Of a DNA stretch of 64,000 nucleotides, positions 13,613-26,956 are shown one piece after another (positions within the stretch are counted from its first letter, which is position 1; every line of letters begins with the position of its first letter). Origin of the DNA: Paraspadella gotoi. Its lineage: Eukaryota; Animalia; Chaetognatha. A program made the position numbers and the translations under genes. The notes under the pieces were generated by a model. The model searched no databases. It worked only from the letters and a program-made list of their open reading frames with translations, and had not been told where the DNA came from. Location of the stretch: the NCBI GenBank assembly GCA_051294375.1, contig CM119265.1, positions 12,764,124-12,828,123 on the forward strand. The letters run 5' to 3'.

Positions 13613-14061
13613 TGTAGAGAAGTTTCCTGGGTCTCTCTACGCCGCTCCCAAGTTAAGTATCAGTTGCGTCCAGAGGAAAGCTCGGCTAAAGTTACCGCCA
13701 ACCCGACAAGGCATCCACTGACTCCTTATCATGAGTATACATCTCGAAGACCAATGTAAAGAAATCATAGAGTAACATCGAAGTATAATTCTAAAGAAAT
13801 GCATCAAATAATCCGTCATATAATCCAGTATAATAAATTCTTTGTTAAAAGCCAATGTGTTAAAATTGGCCGTAGGGAAAATGGTGTAAATACCGAGGGA
13901 AATAAGTCCAAGCGAGCGGAATCTATCAAAACTGAATTCATTGAATCCAAAGTGCTGACTACTGAGGTTGACCGGGGGAGGAAGAGGAGAGAGCTTAGAG
14001 AGAGATATCTTCAGTCTCTCTCGGTCCACAAACTAATCTCGGTGGCACTGGTTTCTCTTTC
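13613..14061. repeat. Right direct repeat (LTR-like), truncated by an (AG)n tract
   Basis: Begins TGTAGAGAAG; similarity to the left copy ends at ggtttctcttt where the AG microsatellite starts. Confidence 0.75.
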
Positions 14062-14348
14062 AGAGAGAGAGAGGAGCAGAGAGAGAAGAGAGAGAGGGAG
14101 AGAGAAAGAAAGAAAGAAAAGAAAGAGAAGAAAAAAGATAGAGAGAGGAAAGATTAGAGAGAGATGAGAGAGAGAGAGAAGAGAGAGAGCAAGAGAGAGA
14201 GAGAGAAAAGAAGAGAAAAAAAAAAGATGGTAGAAAGAGGTGAAAGGAAATAAAAAAATCAGAGAAATAAGAAAAAGGAAAAGGAGGATTAAGAAAAGTA
14301 GCGGTCCGAGAAGACTGAGACGAAGAGGGCGAAAAGAGAAAAGAGGGA

Positions 14349-14394
<46 letters not shown>

Positions 14395-14463
14395 AGAGAG
14401 GAGAGAGAGAGATAACAGTGATGGAGAAGCGAAAAGAAAAAAAGCCTTAAAGTTAAGCACCTC

Positions 14464-14603
<140 letters not shown>

Positions 14604-15008
14604 CGCGAAGGCCGCCAGAAAGAAGAGAGAGAGGTCGTGCCAAATCCGCGTCGGGGTGGCGGTTTCTGGCTTGTCGTTGCTCCTTGAATCCTTGGAGGGA
14701 GAAAACCGGATTGGGATCTCCGGAGGAGGATTCCTTGGCGAGAACGAATCGAAGGGTGGGGCCGAAATCTCGAGAACCTCAAGGTCAACGCCCGATCGGC
14801 CCGTCGACGCCTGCAATACCTTTATTCAGACGACCACAAAAAGAATGTCCCTCGAAAGTAGAGAAATGACGTCGCCTTTTGCTAAATTGTCCCTCGCGTC
14901 GGAAAAGAAAAAGCAGGAAAAACAATTATCCTTCTTGACAAGTCGGCCCTTCCTCGCGTAATCCCGGACATTAGCTGCCAGAAACACTTGTCTCGTAGGG
15001 CTTCGTTG

Positions 15009-15300
15009 CGTCGTCGTCGCTTTATCGTCGCTTTGTCGTCGCTTTGTCGTCGCTTTGTCGTCGCTTCGTCGTCGCTTTGTCGTCGCTTTGTCGTCGCTTA
15101 TCGTCGCTTGTCGTCGCTTTGTCGTCGCTTCGTCGTCGCTTTGTCGTCGCTTTGTCGTCGCTTCATCCGTCGCTTCGTTCGTCGCTTTGCGTCGTTTCTG
15201 CTTCCGTCGGCTTATCGTCGCTTGCGTCGTTCGCTTTGTCGTCGCTTTGATCGTCGCTTTGTCGTCGCTTGTCGTCGCTTCGTCCCGTCGCTATTTGTCG
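15009..15300. repeat. 11-bp minisatellite (GTCGTCGCTTT)n
   Basis: More than 20 tandem, partly degenerate units. Confidence 0.9.
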
Positions 15301-16676
15301 TTGTCGGTTCGTCTCTGCTCTTCTTTTTAGATTCACCATCGATTTCTCCATTTCTTGTCATCCTTGTCATCGTCATTGTTACAATATTCGTCATTTCGTC
15401 GTTTGTTCGTCGTCGCCTGATCGCCGCTTCGTCGTTGCCTCTTCGTCGTTGCCTCGTCCAAGTCCCGAAAGTTTCACTAATCAAGAAATATTAAGCCAAC
15501 GAGACTTGTCGTCCGTTGCTGACTCCCATTGCGAGTTAGGATTGACGTTCCGTCTCACCCACTCTCCTTTTTAAATGTTATATTCTTATATCTATTAATA
15601 GTAATAATTTACATAGAGTATGAAATTACATATCAGTAATGAAAATGACTAATGATTTTAGAAGATAATTTCTAAATGCCGAGCCGTCCGTTCGGAATGG
15701 TGAGATGCAGATCGTTGACGGTTGATGAGCTCTTCGTCGTCCAATTAATTTCCGCTCCCCTTTTTTTTCTTTTCCTCTCTCTCTCTCTCTTTCTTTTCTT
15801 TCTTCTTTTTTCCAATTTTGAACTGCAGCGTTAGAGTTGAGTTAGAGTTAGAGTGAGAAGACGTTTAGGCCTTGGGTTCCAACTTTGAGAGCGAGTCAAG
15901 TTCGTTATTTCTTCACTTGTTGGTGGAATTTTAAGTTTGTGAAAATCCTTGTCGCGAGGTTGTGTGAATACGATGACACATCATAAAACTAGACAGTTTG
16001 GTAAATGACTTGGCAGGAATTAAAACAGATTAAATCAGTAGATCAAAAGGAGATGAGAAATAAGAGAAAGTTAGTTAGGTAATAAAAAAGAATTTGACTT
16101 TGGCGGATAACAATAGAAGCAAGAGTCCCCTCAATAAAAAAAATGAAATCAACTCTGAAAAATACATGAAGACTTTAGGTGAACAATGGGAGCGAAAGAA
16201 AAAATATAAAAAAGACGAAAACACTAATAATATCAACATCAAACAAATTGAAACTCTGAATACACGACTACCATTCGAAAACTAGCAGAATAACAACAAT
16301 ACCGAAAAAAGTGGAAACAACAACCTCACCCGAGAAGAAACTTACCCAAAAAGTCGGTTAATCCGCGTTAAGTGTTCATCTGTATCTCGAGAGTTCCGCC
16401 CACAAGTTTCTTGTTTCGTCTTTTCGTTCTGTTCACCGTTTGACTTTTTTTCTCCTTTTCTTTTTCTTTCTTTTTATCATCGTTTCTTTATTTCTTTTTC
16501 TTTCGTTTCAACGTTTCAAGTTATTGTCATTTTGTCATTTTTTTGGTTTTTGTTTTTCTGTTTTCATGGCTTCCTTTCCATGTTTCTTTTTTCTTATCTC
16601 TTTCACTTTTTTGTTTTCCCTTCTTTCAATCATTCTTGCTTTCCTTGCGTCATATCATCTCTTTCTCCCTCTCTCC

Positions 16677-16734
<58 letters not shown>

Positions 16735-17202
16735 CCCTCATTTCGCTCTAATGAAATTTCAACTGAAATAATTGCGCTTCGCAGCGAAATTAGACGAAGG
16801 GGAAAAAAAACTGAGGGTTGAGGGGAAAAAGGAGACCTGGAGGTGAGTGCGAATCGGGTTGAGATGGACTTGGCTCGAAAGAGGTGAGGCTTAAGGTAAG
16901 GGCCAGATTGCGTTTTCTGATGTCTGGATCGACTCTCGGTTGTGAGACTAAGTAGTGATTTTTTGCATTTAATTTGGAAAATAAATCAAATTGTTTTTCT
17001 TTCTTAAAACGAAAAATAACGACAAGTAGTCGAGGCGCAAACGTTGAGGTGAGGGAGAAGGGAGAGCGACGACGGGGGGCGTTCGCCTCTAGCGAATCGG
17101 AAACGTTTTTCGGAGAATGATAAGAAAATTGCGTCGCGCAATCGCTTCGTCGATTTCTCGGCCGCGACAAAGAGTTGGGGAGGACAAAACTGAGGTGGCG
17201 AT

Positions 17203-17922
17203 TAAGGCGTAGTAAAATTTATAAATTTAACTTTAATTAAAATTCTAAAAGTGAGGAACGAACAACGTTATACTAATGAACATTTCTGTATAAAAAAGAT
17301 TTTATTATTAATTTCACAATTTACGCATTAGGCTGTAGAGTCGTCTGTTTTGCGGTCATCCTTTGTATTCGTACAAATCATTTTTCTCAGTCTCGTTCGT
17401 GAGAACAACGTCGTCGTTGTTTCTCTTCTTCTTTTTCGTCGTGATTCATCTCCTAAAAGGCCATATTTATACATAGTACTAATCAAATAAATGTTAAAAT
17501 TTCCAAACAGTTTTTTCTAAGTTTTTTTTGCAGATTTGGATTCTTCATAAAAAGTGTGATGAAAAAGAAATATAACTCTTTTTGAAAAATTCCTTCATTA
17601 GTGAGTAAAAAATCAGAAAAAGCTATATTTTAAGCTGAAAAATAACTCTTTTATATATTAAATATTAGTTTTTCTGATTTTTAACCCACTTAATGAAAGA
17701 ATTTTAAAAAATGAGTTATATTTTCTTTTATCAACGAGGAATGCAATCAAAATTAAGAAAAGCCTATTTTGAAATTTTTCGATTTTATAAGGATAGTACA
17801 TTAGTACTATATATAAATATAGCCTAATGCGAAAGTTAAAAAACATAAAATTAATATTTTTTACAAATTAATTTTCATAATTGACTTTTAGAATTTTCGT
17901 ACGTAACTTTCACTACGCTCTA
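17203..17922. mobile_element. Foldback-type MITE with long imperfect inverted arms
   Basis: Paired blocks: ggcgtagtaaaatt / aactttcactacgc; aaattctaaaagt / acttttagaattt; cgcattaggct / agcctaatgcg; tagtactaat / attagtacta; aaaaatcagaaaaa / tttttctgattttt. Centre at about 17650. Confidence 0.7.
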
Positions 17923-18250
17923 GTGGTGATGGAAGATTGATCTTGAAATATGAGAACTGAGAAGTGAGTGAGGTGAAAAGTTTAAGTTGGGATGTTTGAA
18001 CGTGGAGGAAGATGGCGTGGCTGCAAGAATGCTAATGGTCTCTCTGAATGAACGAAATAAAGAAGGCTTTGGCTTGGAGTTGGTGTTCGTCGAGTCCGGA
18101 GTGAAAAATGAAGAACGATGTCGACTTTCGGATTCATTATGAAAGTAACAAAGACAATTTTAAGAAGATTAAACTTTAAAGACAATTTTATTCTGGAGTT
18201 CACCTTGAAATCACCGGCGATGCAAGGAATGCCGTGATACGCGGACTCCT

Positions 18251-18325
18251 GCGGCAGAGGCATCAGCGGCGGCGGCGGCAGAGGCATCAGCGGCGGCGGC
18301 GCCGGTAGAGGCAGCAGCAGCGGCG
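18251..18325. repeat. Short tandem repeat GGCAGAGGCATCAGCGGCGGCGGC x3 (degenerate)
   Basis: Directly visible. Confidence 0.7.
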
Positions 18326-19038
18326 ATGGCGGCCGTCACGGCAAAGGTTCAAAGCGGAAAACTTTCCTTCGTCTTAATGAGAATCAAACTGTGCGTTTCC
18401 ACGACGAATGCCCTGAAAAAAAAGGGACGAAGCTTTCAGATTTTTTTATTTCATTCGAAGATTAAAATATTCGATAACTTTTCTATTTCTGCGTAGATTT
18501 GATTTTTTAAATTCACAGTAAATCAGTGAAAATTTTGTCTGCATAAAACAGACATTTAAAAATTAATAAACAAGTTAGAAAAAAACTTTTTGGGACTAAA
18601 ATAGTCCCTCAAGCTACTTCTAAAAAGAATTATTGTGAATAATATGGGCTGGAGAAACCGATTATTTGACGCGAGGGAATAGAAAAGTATTTACATTATC
18701 CAATAATATAAGTTCTGCAAAGAAAGTGGCCGATCGGCTGAATCCGCCAATCTTTGCCGATCGGAAAAGACTAATCATCATCTCGGAGTGAGTTATGGAA
18801 CCGCCGCTCGTCCCTATGGCCCAGAAAAAAAAAGGCAAAGTAAAAGGAAAAGGAAGGAAAAGGAAAGACAAAGGGACGAAACCATTAACAAGGAACTGAG
18901 ATAAAAATAAAAAGAGGAGAGGCCGAAAAAAAAGAGGCAAAAAAAAAAGAATGAGAAAGGAAGAAAATTCTTTGCCAACAAAGACTGTTCGTCATCGACA
19001 AAAGCTACCATTCATCCAAAGGGCAAGACAAGAGGGTG

Positions 19039-19091
<53 letters not shown>

Positions 19092-19933
19092 AGAGAAGAG
19101 AGATAGAGAGAGAGAGAGAGAAGAGAGAAGAGAGAGAGAAGGGGGGGAACTTTTGAGTAGTAAGAGAATTGCGAAAAAAAGAAGACAAAAAAGAAGAGAA
19201 TAAAAATCCCTGATATATTCTTTGGATTTCTACGCGAAATCCTTATCTCTTTCTTACCCACCCAAGTTCCTACCCGTTCCTCCCATCCGATCTTCTCCAC
19301 GCGAATGTGACACTCCTCCGTCCTTATCCTTACCCCTTTCCCGAGCTCAACGACATTGTCTTATTCAAATTGCGACTTTTATGCTTCCGTTCTGTTTTAT
19401 CCGACCTTGCTAGGCAAGAAAAAAAAGAGATGGTAATGCTCACAGGGCCCACTTTTCCTACTTTTACACTTAACGTTTTAGTTCTCGGCTTATTTCACGT
19501 ATGTAAAAAAAAAATTGTAAATATTAAAAATAAACCTCTTCGAAACTCAAAGTGCAACGAAATTGAAAGACTAAACATTACATTTAAAATTATTTTATTT
19601 CTGGCGTCAATATATTTCAATTTTCGACTTAAGTCTAAGTAACCAAAAAAAATATATTTTTAAAAATTTTAAATAATTTTGGTTTAAAAAATGTTTTATT
19701 TTTTTGCGAAAGGGATATTGGATTTTAATATCGCCTGGGCAACCAGAGATAAGGGGAATTAGCGGGGACTGACGAGCAACGGGGGAAGCGAGCGAGGAAA
19801 GAAGAAAGGTTATGATTGAGATATGGAGGAGAAATTTAAATTCGGTCGAGCGCATCGCATTTTCCCCTGAGTCTTCTTCCTTTTCTATATTTTTCCTCTT
19901 TCTCTTTCTTTTTTTTTTCATTCTTCTGTACTA

Positions 19934-19970
<37 letters not shown>

Positions 19971-20358
19971 ACATTTTACATAAAAATATTTGCTATAGAG
20001 TATAGTCGTCTATAGTCTTTTCATTTAAAGATGGAAACTTTCAATGACCGGCCCCTGTTTCACTCTAAACATTTTCTCTAACTCCCTATCGAAAATCGAA
20101 ATTGAAATCCAAAACTACTCTCTCTCTCGCTTTTTGTCTCTCTCTTCGTCTCTTTCTCCACTCCCCCCCCTTCCCCCTCTCTTCGATCCGACAGCATTAT
20201 TCCCGCTCTCGCGGCTTTCCCTTAAATCACGTCTTTGCCCGAATTGGCGGAGGGAATTCGCGTCCCCGCCCCATTACCTCATCCTTGTACGACCCATGTT
20301 TCTCATAAACTCGGCTCGCTCCGTCCGATCATTTCCGGGAAATCGAAAATTGTTATTT

Positions 20359-20397
<39 letters not shown>

Positions 20398-20919
20398 CGC
20401 TCGAATACGAGAGTCTGACGTCGTTGTTGTTGCGTCTGTTGTTGTCGTTTCAGTTTGACTGTCAATTCTTGTTAGAGTATATTTGTTTTTATCTTCCGAC
20501 AACCGTTTTTTCTTGCTCCCATTGGAATTTTCAAGTTTCAGTTTCGACCTTACCTTCCCCTTTTTCCTTTGCCTTTTCTTTGCTTTTTCTTTGCTTTTTC
20601 TTTCTCTTTTTCTCGGTACATCTTTCTCGGCGTTGTCTCGACCGTTTTCTTCGTCTTTTTCTCAGAATTTTCAGATCTTTTCTAAACCGTTTTCTTCATT
20701 TTATTCCCGTCTTTTCCCCCGCCCTTTTTTTCTCGGCCTTATTTGCCGATTTTTTTCCGGCTTCTGTAGTCTTTACTCAGAAGACAGATTTGTGAGACAT
20801 AAAATGTATTTCTAGAAAAAAAAAAGCCTAAAGAAAAACAATTCAGGAAAGAGAAACCCGTTCAAGGCTTGTTCAGCTCATGGTCTTAATCTTTCAAGGC
20901 TCTTTCTCTCTCTCTCTCT

Positions 20920-20981
<62 letters not shown>

Positions 20982-21823
20982 TCTTTTCTTCCTCTCCGCC
21001 AAGTTGCCCCAAAGGATCTAGGGTATTGGTGACCAGGTTATTCGTCTTTCGCCTGACGTTTGTTGCTTAACATTCACGACGGGTTTTCAGTCGGACCCTT
21101 AGCGACGCTAAGGCTTAGCGTTCCCGCCCGTGATTTCCTCTTTTCATTATCCGCCTTTCGACTTCTCCACGCACAACAGATTTCGCCCATGGCGGCGTCC
21201 GTGTTGATTCCCGTGATATGAGGATGATAAATAAACTCAAAAATGATGTATTTCCCACAGAACGACGGTTTTTTTAACCCGAAAAGTAATAAAAATACCA
21301 CTTTCTTTGGTACCATTTTTTTTATATCATACCTACGTACCGGCAAATGTAAAAGGGGTATCTAGGATCCTGGATAACAGTATATTTACTTAGCTAATAT
21401 AAAAAAAATACTGAGATGAGATGCTAATTTTCTGTGGCAGATAGGTTGGTTGGTTTCGGTTCAGCGCTGTTGAAGTTCGGCTCATCGCCGTTAGGATTCG
21501 CTTCGAACACAGATTCTCTCTTCGATTTCGCCGTCGGGTCGATTTTCCGCGCGGAATCCAAAAATCAGAAATCTGTGAATTTTTTTTTCACGTTCGTGAA
21601 TCAAAGATGCGACGAGGAGTGAGTGACGAGGGTGTGAGTGGCGAAGGGTAACGACGACGAGATAACGAATTCACCGCAACTTTTGTGATACGCGATTCAC
21701 GAAACTCGAATCATCAAATCCATTTCCGCATTTGTTTTGAGAGCCTTTCCCTGTCGAAAGAGGCATTGTCTCAATCCAATAAACAGCTGCGTTTGCGATG
21801 AAAAACGACCGATTTCAAAGCGA

Positions 21824-21890
<67 letters not shown>

Positions 21891-22692
21891 TCAAGTCAAT
21901 CTCGAAAATTCCATTACCATATTGTCGACCCTCGTTCCTTTATCGACGTTGAATGGATTTACTTTTTCCATTTTTCTCTCTCTCTCACTCACACTAACGC
22001 AAAAAAAAAAAATTTAAATAAACAATTTTTTTTCTCCCTCTGCAACGTTTGACGCTTGAGATAACGTTTATCGCTGAAGCGCAGGACAGAAGCCGTCCAA
22101 TTTGAAATACATAAAATATTGAAAGTGTGAGACGCACGAGAGAGAGAGAAAGAGAGAGAGAAAGAGACACCAACACGCTCTCAAATCGGTTTATCGTCTA
22201 TAAAAAGAATAACAAAAACAAATCAAAGCGGGAAATAAAATGCGTTTATGAGGAAAGAGCAGAAAGAAGCGACGGTTCCAGTCTTCATAAAGAGTGGCGG
22301 CCGCGCGAAGTCGAGTCGGCTGCGAACGATGGACTTTTTTTTTATTATTATTTTTTCATCTTTTTTTTATTTAATTTATTCTTTTATGGCGAAAATAAAC
22401 AATTTTCCCCCCTTTGTTTCTGTCTTTATAACGCGAGTGGTCGTCGTTGTTGTCGTGACTAGGCGACGGAATTTCGAATGGAACGGAATTGAACCCGAGT
22501 TGATGCCAATACGTCGCGTCTCGGCATCGTCTCTCTTGTTGCCTTAGGAGATCGGGGGCGCAACGACGACGACGACGACGACGACGACGATGCCAACTGC
22601 CGCCAATAAAAAGTCCCAAATCACTGGGCGCCATCTTCTGCTCGGAACGCGTTATTGCCTCGGCCGATTTCGTCGTCGTCATCCTCGCCGTC

Positions 22693-22705
22693 GTTGCTTA
22701 GCAAC
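22693..22705. promoter_or_regulatory. RFX X-box-like palindrome GTTGCTTAGCAAC
   Basis: Fits the RFX consensus GTNRCY-N(0-3)-RGYAAC; lies in a GC-rich island with YY1-like GCCATCTT and CCAAT. Confidence 0.45.
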
Positions 22706-23314
22706 CGGAGTCTCGAGAGGCGAACCAATGGTCATCAAGCGTCGAAGTTAACCTCCACCACCGCTGCCACCACCGCTACCACCATCGTCGCTTCCACCCT
22801 CACCTCCGCCGCGAAGCTTGACTCCGCTCCACTCGAGTTCGGGCGGTGTAGAGGACGTCGATGTTTTTACTGCCTCGAGGACCGCCACACGCCACTCGCC
22901 ACTCGCCACTCCGTCACCGCCACTCTGACTTACTTTTCTCTCAGACTCACCCCGCTACCTCTCCTCCTCCTCTCCGCTCCGTCACTCCACTGCCACTCCC
23001 GCCACCTCCTACCTCCTTCGGCGCCGAGGCGGGAGGCGGCGGCGGTGGCCGGCGGCGGCGTCGGGTGGTCGTCCATCGCCGCCTCTCCGCCATCTTTTCT
23101 CCCGACGTTTAATTGGTGAGGAAGGAGCCTCTTTTTTCGTTGTTACAATGCCGCGGTGTTGCTCTGGTGTAGAGAGAGAGAAGAAGAAGACGAGAGAGAG
23201 AGAGAGAGAGAGAGGCGAGAGAGACGAGAGAGGAGAGAGAGAGAGAGAGAGAGAGAGGACATTGTACCCAGAGTATTTCTTACTCAAACAAGAAACGCCG
23301 TGATTTCCTCTTAA

Positions 23315-24268
23315 GGCCAGGGATCACTCAATCTAAAATTATAGAAATCTTAATTTACTGTATCTTAATCATTTTCTCATATCTTGTAAGAGGTTTTTCT
23401 ATTGAAAAATAATCAAAAACTTTTAAAAATCTAAATAAATGTTCATAAAAATTTCAACATAATTTTTTCTTCGGTTAAAAACTAGATTTTCAAGAGAAAA
23501 ATATTTTTATATGTAAGTTAAATTTCTACAACTAAAATTTTTAACTAAACCTGATTCTTTACAGTAAGCTCAATTTCTACTTTCTTATATTTAATTCTTC
23601 CTTTGGTAAAAGTACATACTTGGAGTTGTATCACTAATAAGTATAAAATAAACTACACCACATTTTCCAGACAGGTTTTTATACTTTTATGAGTTTTAGG
23701 AATTAAAAAAATTATCGAATTTATTTCAATTTGACTTTTTTACTTTATGTAAATGTTTAATGAGTTTAATGAGACAGAATTTAACCTTTCTTGACGAAGT
23801 GATGTTAAAAACGAAGAGTTGCAGCTCAAACCGTTGGGACTCTTCTTGTAAAGAAAAAAATATCTTGGGCAAGAAAGGAAGGTGGGGAGATTCTATGAAG
23901 GCGTTTTTGAAAAAATGTTTTTCCGTTTCAAAGATATCAAGGAATTAATCCCAAAAATTGATTTAAAATAATCAATTTTTATATGAAGGAAGGCAAATTT
24001 TGAAAGTATTCTTTTCATAGAATTGGAGTTCGTGAGCCTAAAGGTAATTCATGCCAAATTTCATGAGAAACCGCCTTACGTTTGGGCTGCAAACTCTTCA
24101 AATAGGTTTCTTTTATTTTATTATAGTACAAAAAAAATCGAAAAAAAACGATGACGCCTTTGAAAAAATAGTAAAGTGAATACATTTTCGGATCGATCAG
24201 GAAGCTCTCCTTTCGAAATCCGAGCTCAGTTTTAGCCTAATTATAATTTGAATTGAGTGATCCCGACC
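23315..24268. mobile_element. Non-autonomous TIR DNA transposon (MITE), Kolobok-like (TTAA left flank, TTAT right flank)
   Basis: Left GGCCAGGGATCACTCAATCTAAAATTATA versus reverse complement of right end GGTCGGGATCACTCAATTCAAATTATA; AT-rich non-coding interior. Confidence 0.75.
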
Positions 24269-25451
24269 TTATACGCATACTTGTGTGCTTTTGTTTGCCG
24301 AATTAAAAGCTTGTTGTCTTTTTGCGTGTATAGGAAAGTAACTGCTATAGTATAGAAAAGAATTTCGGCGGTATACAATATTTTTACGACGTTTTTCACC
24401 ACCGCTGATATGACGTGTTTGAAATCGTTGTATTGTGAAGTCATATTAAGTCATATTAAATTTGAATCTCTAGCAAATTATTGCAGCTGTTTTATGAAGA
24501 GAAAATGGCTCTTCTTTTTTCAATAGTTGTGTAACGTGCAGTGTGTACAGTACTGTACACTTTGTCGATTCAAGTCTTTGTTTTAGATTTTCGTTCCGAA
24601 TTCAATCCATGTTAAAACTGAGAACAATTCTGCCTTTAGAAGTTACGTATTTTATCGTATCTCTCGGTTTAACAACAAATCCGCCATTCCATTATCTTCA
24701 CAATTCACATCCCTAAGACGACCTCTTTACAGCTGCGTTGACGCTCCAAACGAGCGGCATTTCCATGGACGCGCGGATTCCGCGTCTCTATATTTCTCTT
24801 TAAATCGTTTTCCGATCTCCGCCTTCCCTGATTATTACAGAATTTATTGCGTCCGCGTTGTCCGCTCGCATTCGATGTCAGCGCCACCTAGCGTCGTCAT
24901 GGCGACCGCGACGACGACGATTCCGTGACGGCGGCTTGGCGCGTCCTCGCCCGCCATTGCGAGGCTTGAGTGAGAGCATCTTGGCACCGTGGCAACGAGT
25001 GAAGCGTCTCGTGACAAGTACGTTTCCCGCGCCGAACGTTGCAAAGACGTTTCAACGGCGCGGCGCCGAACGTGACAGACGCTCAACTTCGACCGTGACA
25101 AGTCGCCGCCACGGTCGCCGGTCGAATGACCGTGAGAGACTCGATTCGATCACGACCGATGCCATCGTCAGAGGTCAACGCAAAAGCGAAAATCATTTCG
25201 CCGAGAAAATATTCCGACGAACGAAGAAGACGAAAAAAAAGAAGAGTCTATACCTTTTTTTTGGTGAGAACATAGGGGGCTGCGAATAGGGGTGGAGTGG
25301 GTGGGACGAGAAAGTGAGTCCCTTATGTTGCGTCGTCTAGACGAAAAGGACCTTAAATTCTAATTTTTGTTCAACAACCTGTTTCCGGAACGAAACGTGT
25401 GAAGAGATAGAGCTTGAGAAGAGTAGAGTTAAAGAGAGAGAGAGAGAGAGT

Positions 25452-25484
<33 letters not shown>

Positions 25485-26048
25485 AGAGAGAGAAGAGAGA
25501 GAGAGTGAGACGAGAGAGAGAGAGAATAAATGTGAAAAAGGGATGTTGCACTTCTCTAGTTTTTTTTTCTCTTGCTCACATACTTATCTGGCTCATTCAT
25601 TCCGCTCATTCAGAAATCACAACGCACTTTTTCCCCCCGAACCCTTTTTTTCGTTAGCGATTTTAACCTGGCATTTTGAAAACTTTTCCGAAGCGAAAGT
25701 ATCTGAGAGTAAGTTTTCTTCTATAAAAAAAATATAAAAAAAATAATAAAATCGCCTTTTTCTTTCAATTCCCTCGTGTCCCTCCCGTCACGAAAGAAAA
25801 ATCGTTGGGAATAAAACAAACAGAGAAATGCCAACATAAGAACATTGAAGTAGAGAATAAAGAAGAAAAAAAAGGCGAAATTTTTTTTTTGTTTTGCTTT
25901 TTTTTCTGCGATTATCTTTCGCCGAAGGAGACCGCCTCGCGTCATATTGGAAGTGTGTCCATTCGAGAAAGACGCCTCCATTCATTTTCCCTCCACTTTC
26001 ATATTTTCGAGACGTCATTTCGCCGAGCTTTTTCTCTCTTTTCTCTTC

Positions 26049-26128
<80 letters not shown>

Positions 26129-26262
26129 GCTTCTCTGTTTCTCTCTTCTTATTTTTTCCTCTTTTTCTTTATCTCTTATCATTAAATTACGAGACCACAA
26201 TCTCACTTCGCCTTTCCTCTCGCCGCCCCTGCCCTCCTTTTCTGTTGTGCCAATCTCTCTCT

Positions 26263-26295
<33 letters not shown>

Positions 26296-26930
26296 CTCTC
26301 CTCTTCTCTCTCTCTCTCTCTCTTCTCTCTTCATTTCCCGTCATATTCGCATCGTGCCTGGCGCTGCCTCCTGCGCCGCCCCACCGCCGCCAAAGAGTAG
26401 CACGAGCAGGTTTTTTGCCCACCAAAAGGCGATTCCTCATTCGAGACTACAGGAAAAAAGGGAGAGAGACTAAAAAGTATGAAAATAATAGTTGAGACGC
26501 TGGCAGCGGATCGGCGGCGTCGGCGGCGGCGTTTGTGTTTGTATACGTCGTGCTCGACTTAGTCAACGAACTCTTTTTCTCTTTCGCATCCGGGTTTTTG
26601 TTTTCTCGAAGTTAGCGGCCGGTTGACGCCGGTTGACGCCGGTTGACGTCCGTCGACGCCGGGATGACGTATTTGAACGTGTTTTTTCTTTGTCTTTCTG
26701 GTTTTCGTTCATTTCTGGGTTCAAGGAAACGTAAAACCTCGCAGTACGTATGATAAACTCTTGGAATTCCTTGCCGTAAAATAGGCAATTTGGTATTGTC
26801 TTAATTTCAGGTTTTGTGATATAGTTTGACCTTGTTCGACCTTGACAAAGCCGGCATTCCCAAATCCGGACAATTGGATTAAAGCGTTTAGAGAAATCGT
26901 TGCCTCGTGTCAGACTCACTCAGTTTTTAA

Positions 26931-26956
26931 TCACGTGACTTCCGTTCTCACGTGAC
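26931..26956. promoter_or_regulatory. Tandem TCACGTGAC E-boxes (USF/MiT-TFE type) with an overlapping ETS core ACTTCCG
   Basis: tcacgtgacttccgttctcacgtgac; motif match only. Confidence 0.35.

Larger units (their letters stand above)
9236..14061 (-). mobile_element. Putative non-autonomous LTR-like element bounded by direct repeats, carrying a BEL/Pao-type gag-like gene and a second ORF; no RT/IN seen
   Basis: Direct repeats ~9249-9667 and ~13622-14059; right copy starts TGTAG (13613) and left copy ends CTACA (9761); internal minus-strand coding fragments with triple Zn knuckle. No clear PBS or PPT. Confidence 0.55.

Noticed and set aside
15009-15300. CRISPR-like appearance of tandem arrays (also 30065, 49980, 63060)
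   Set aside because: No unique spacers, no cas genes, eukaryotic context
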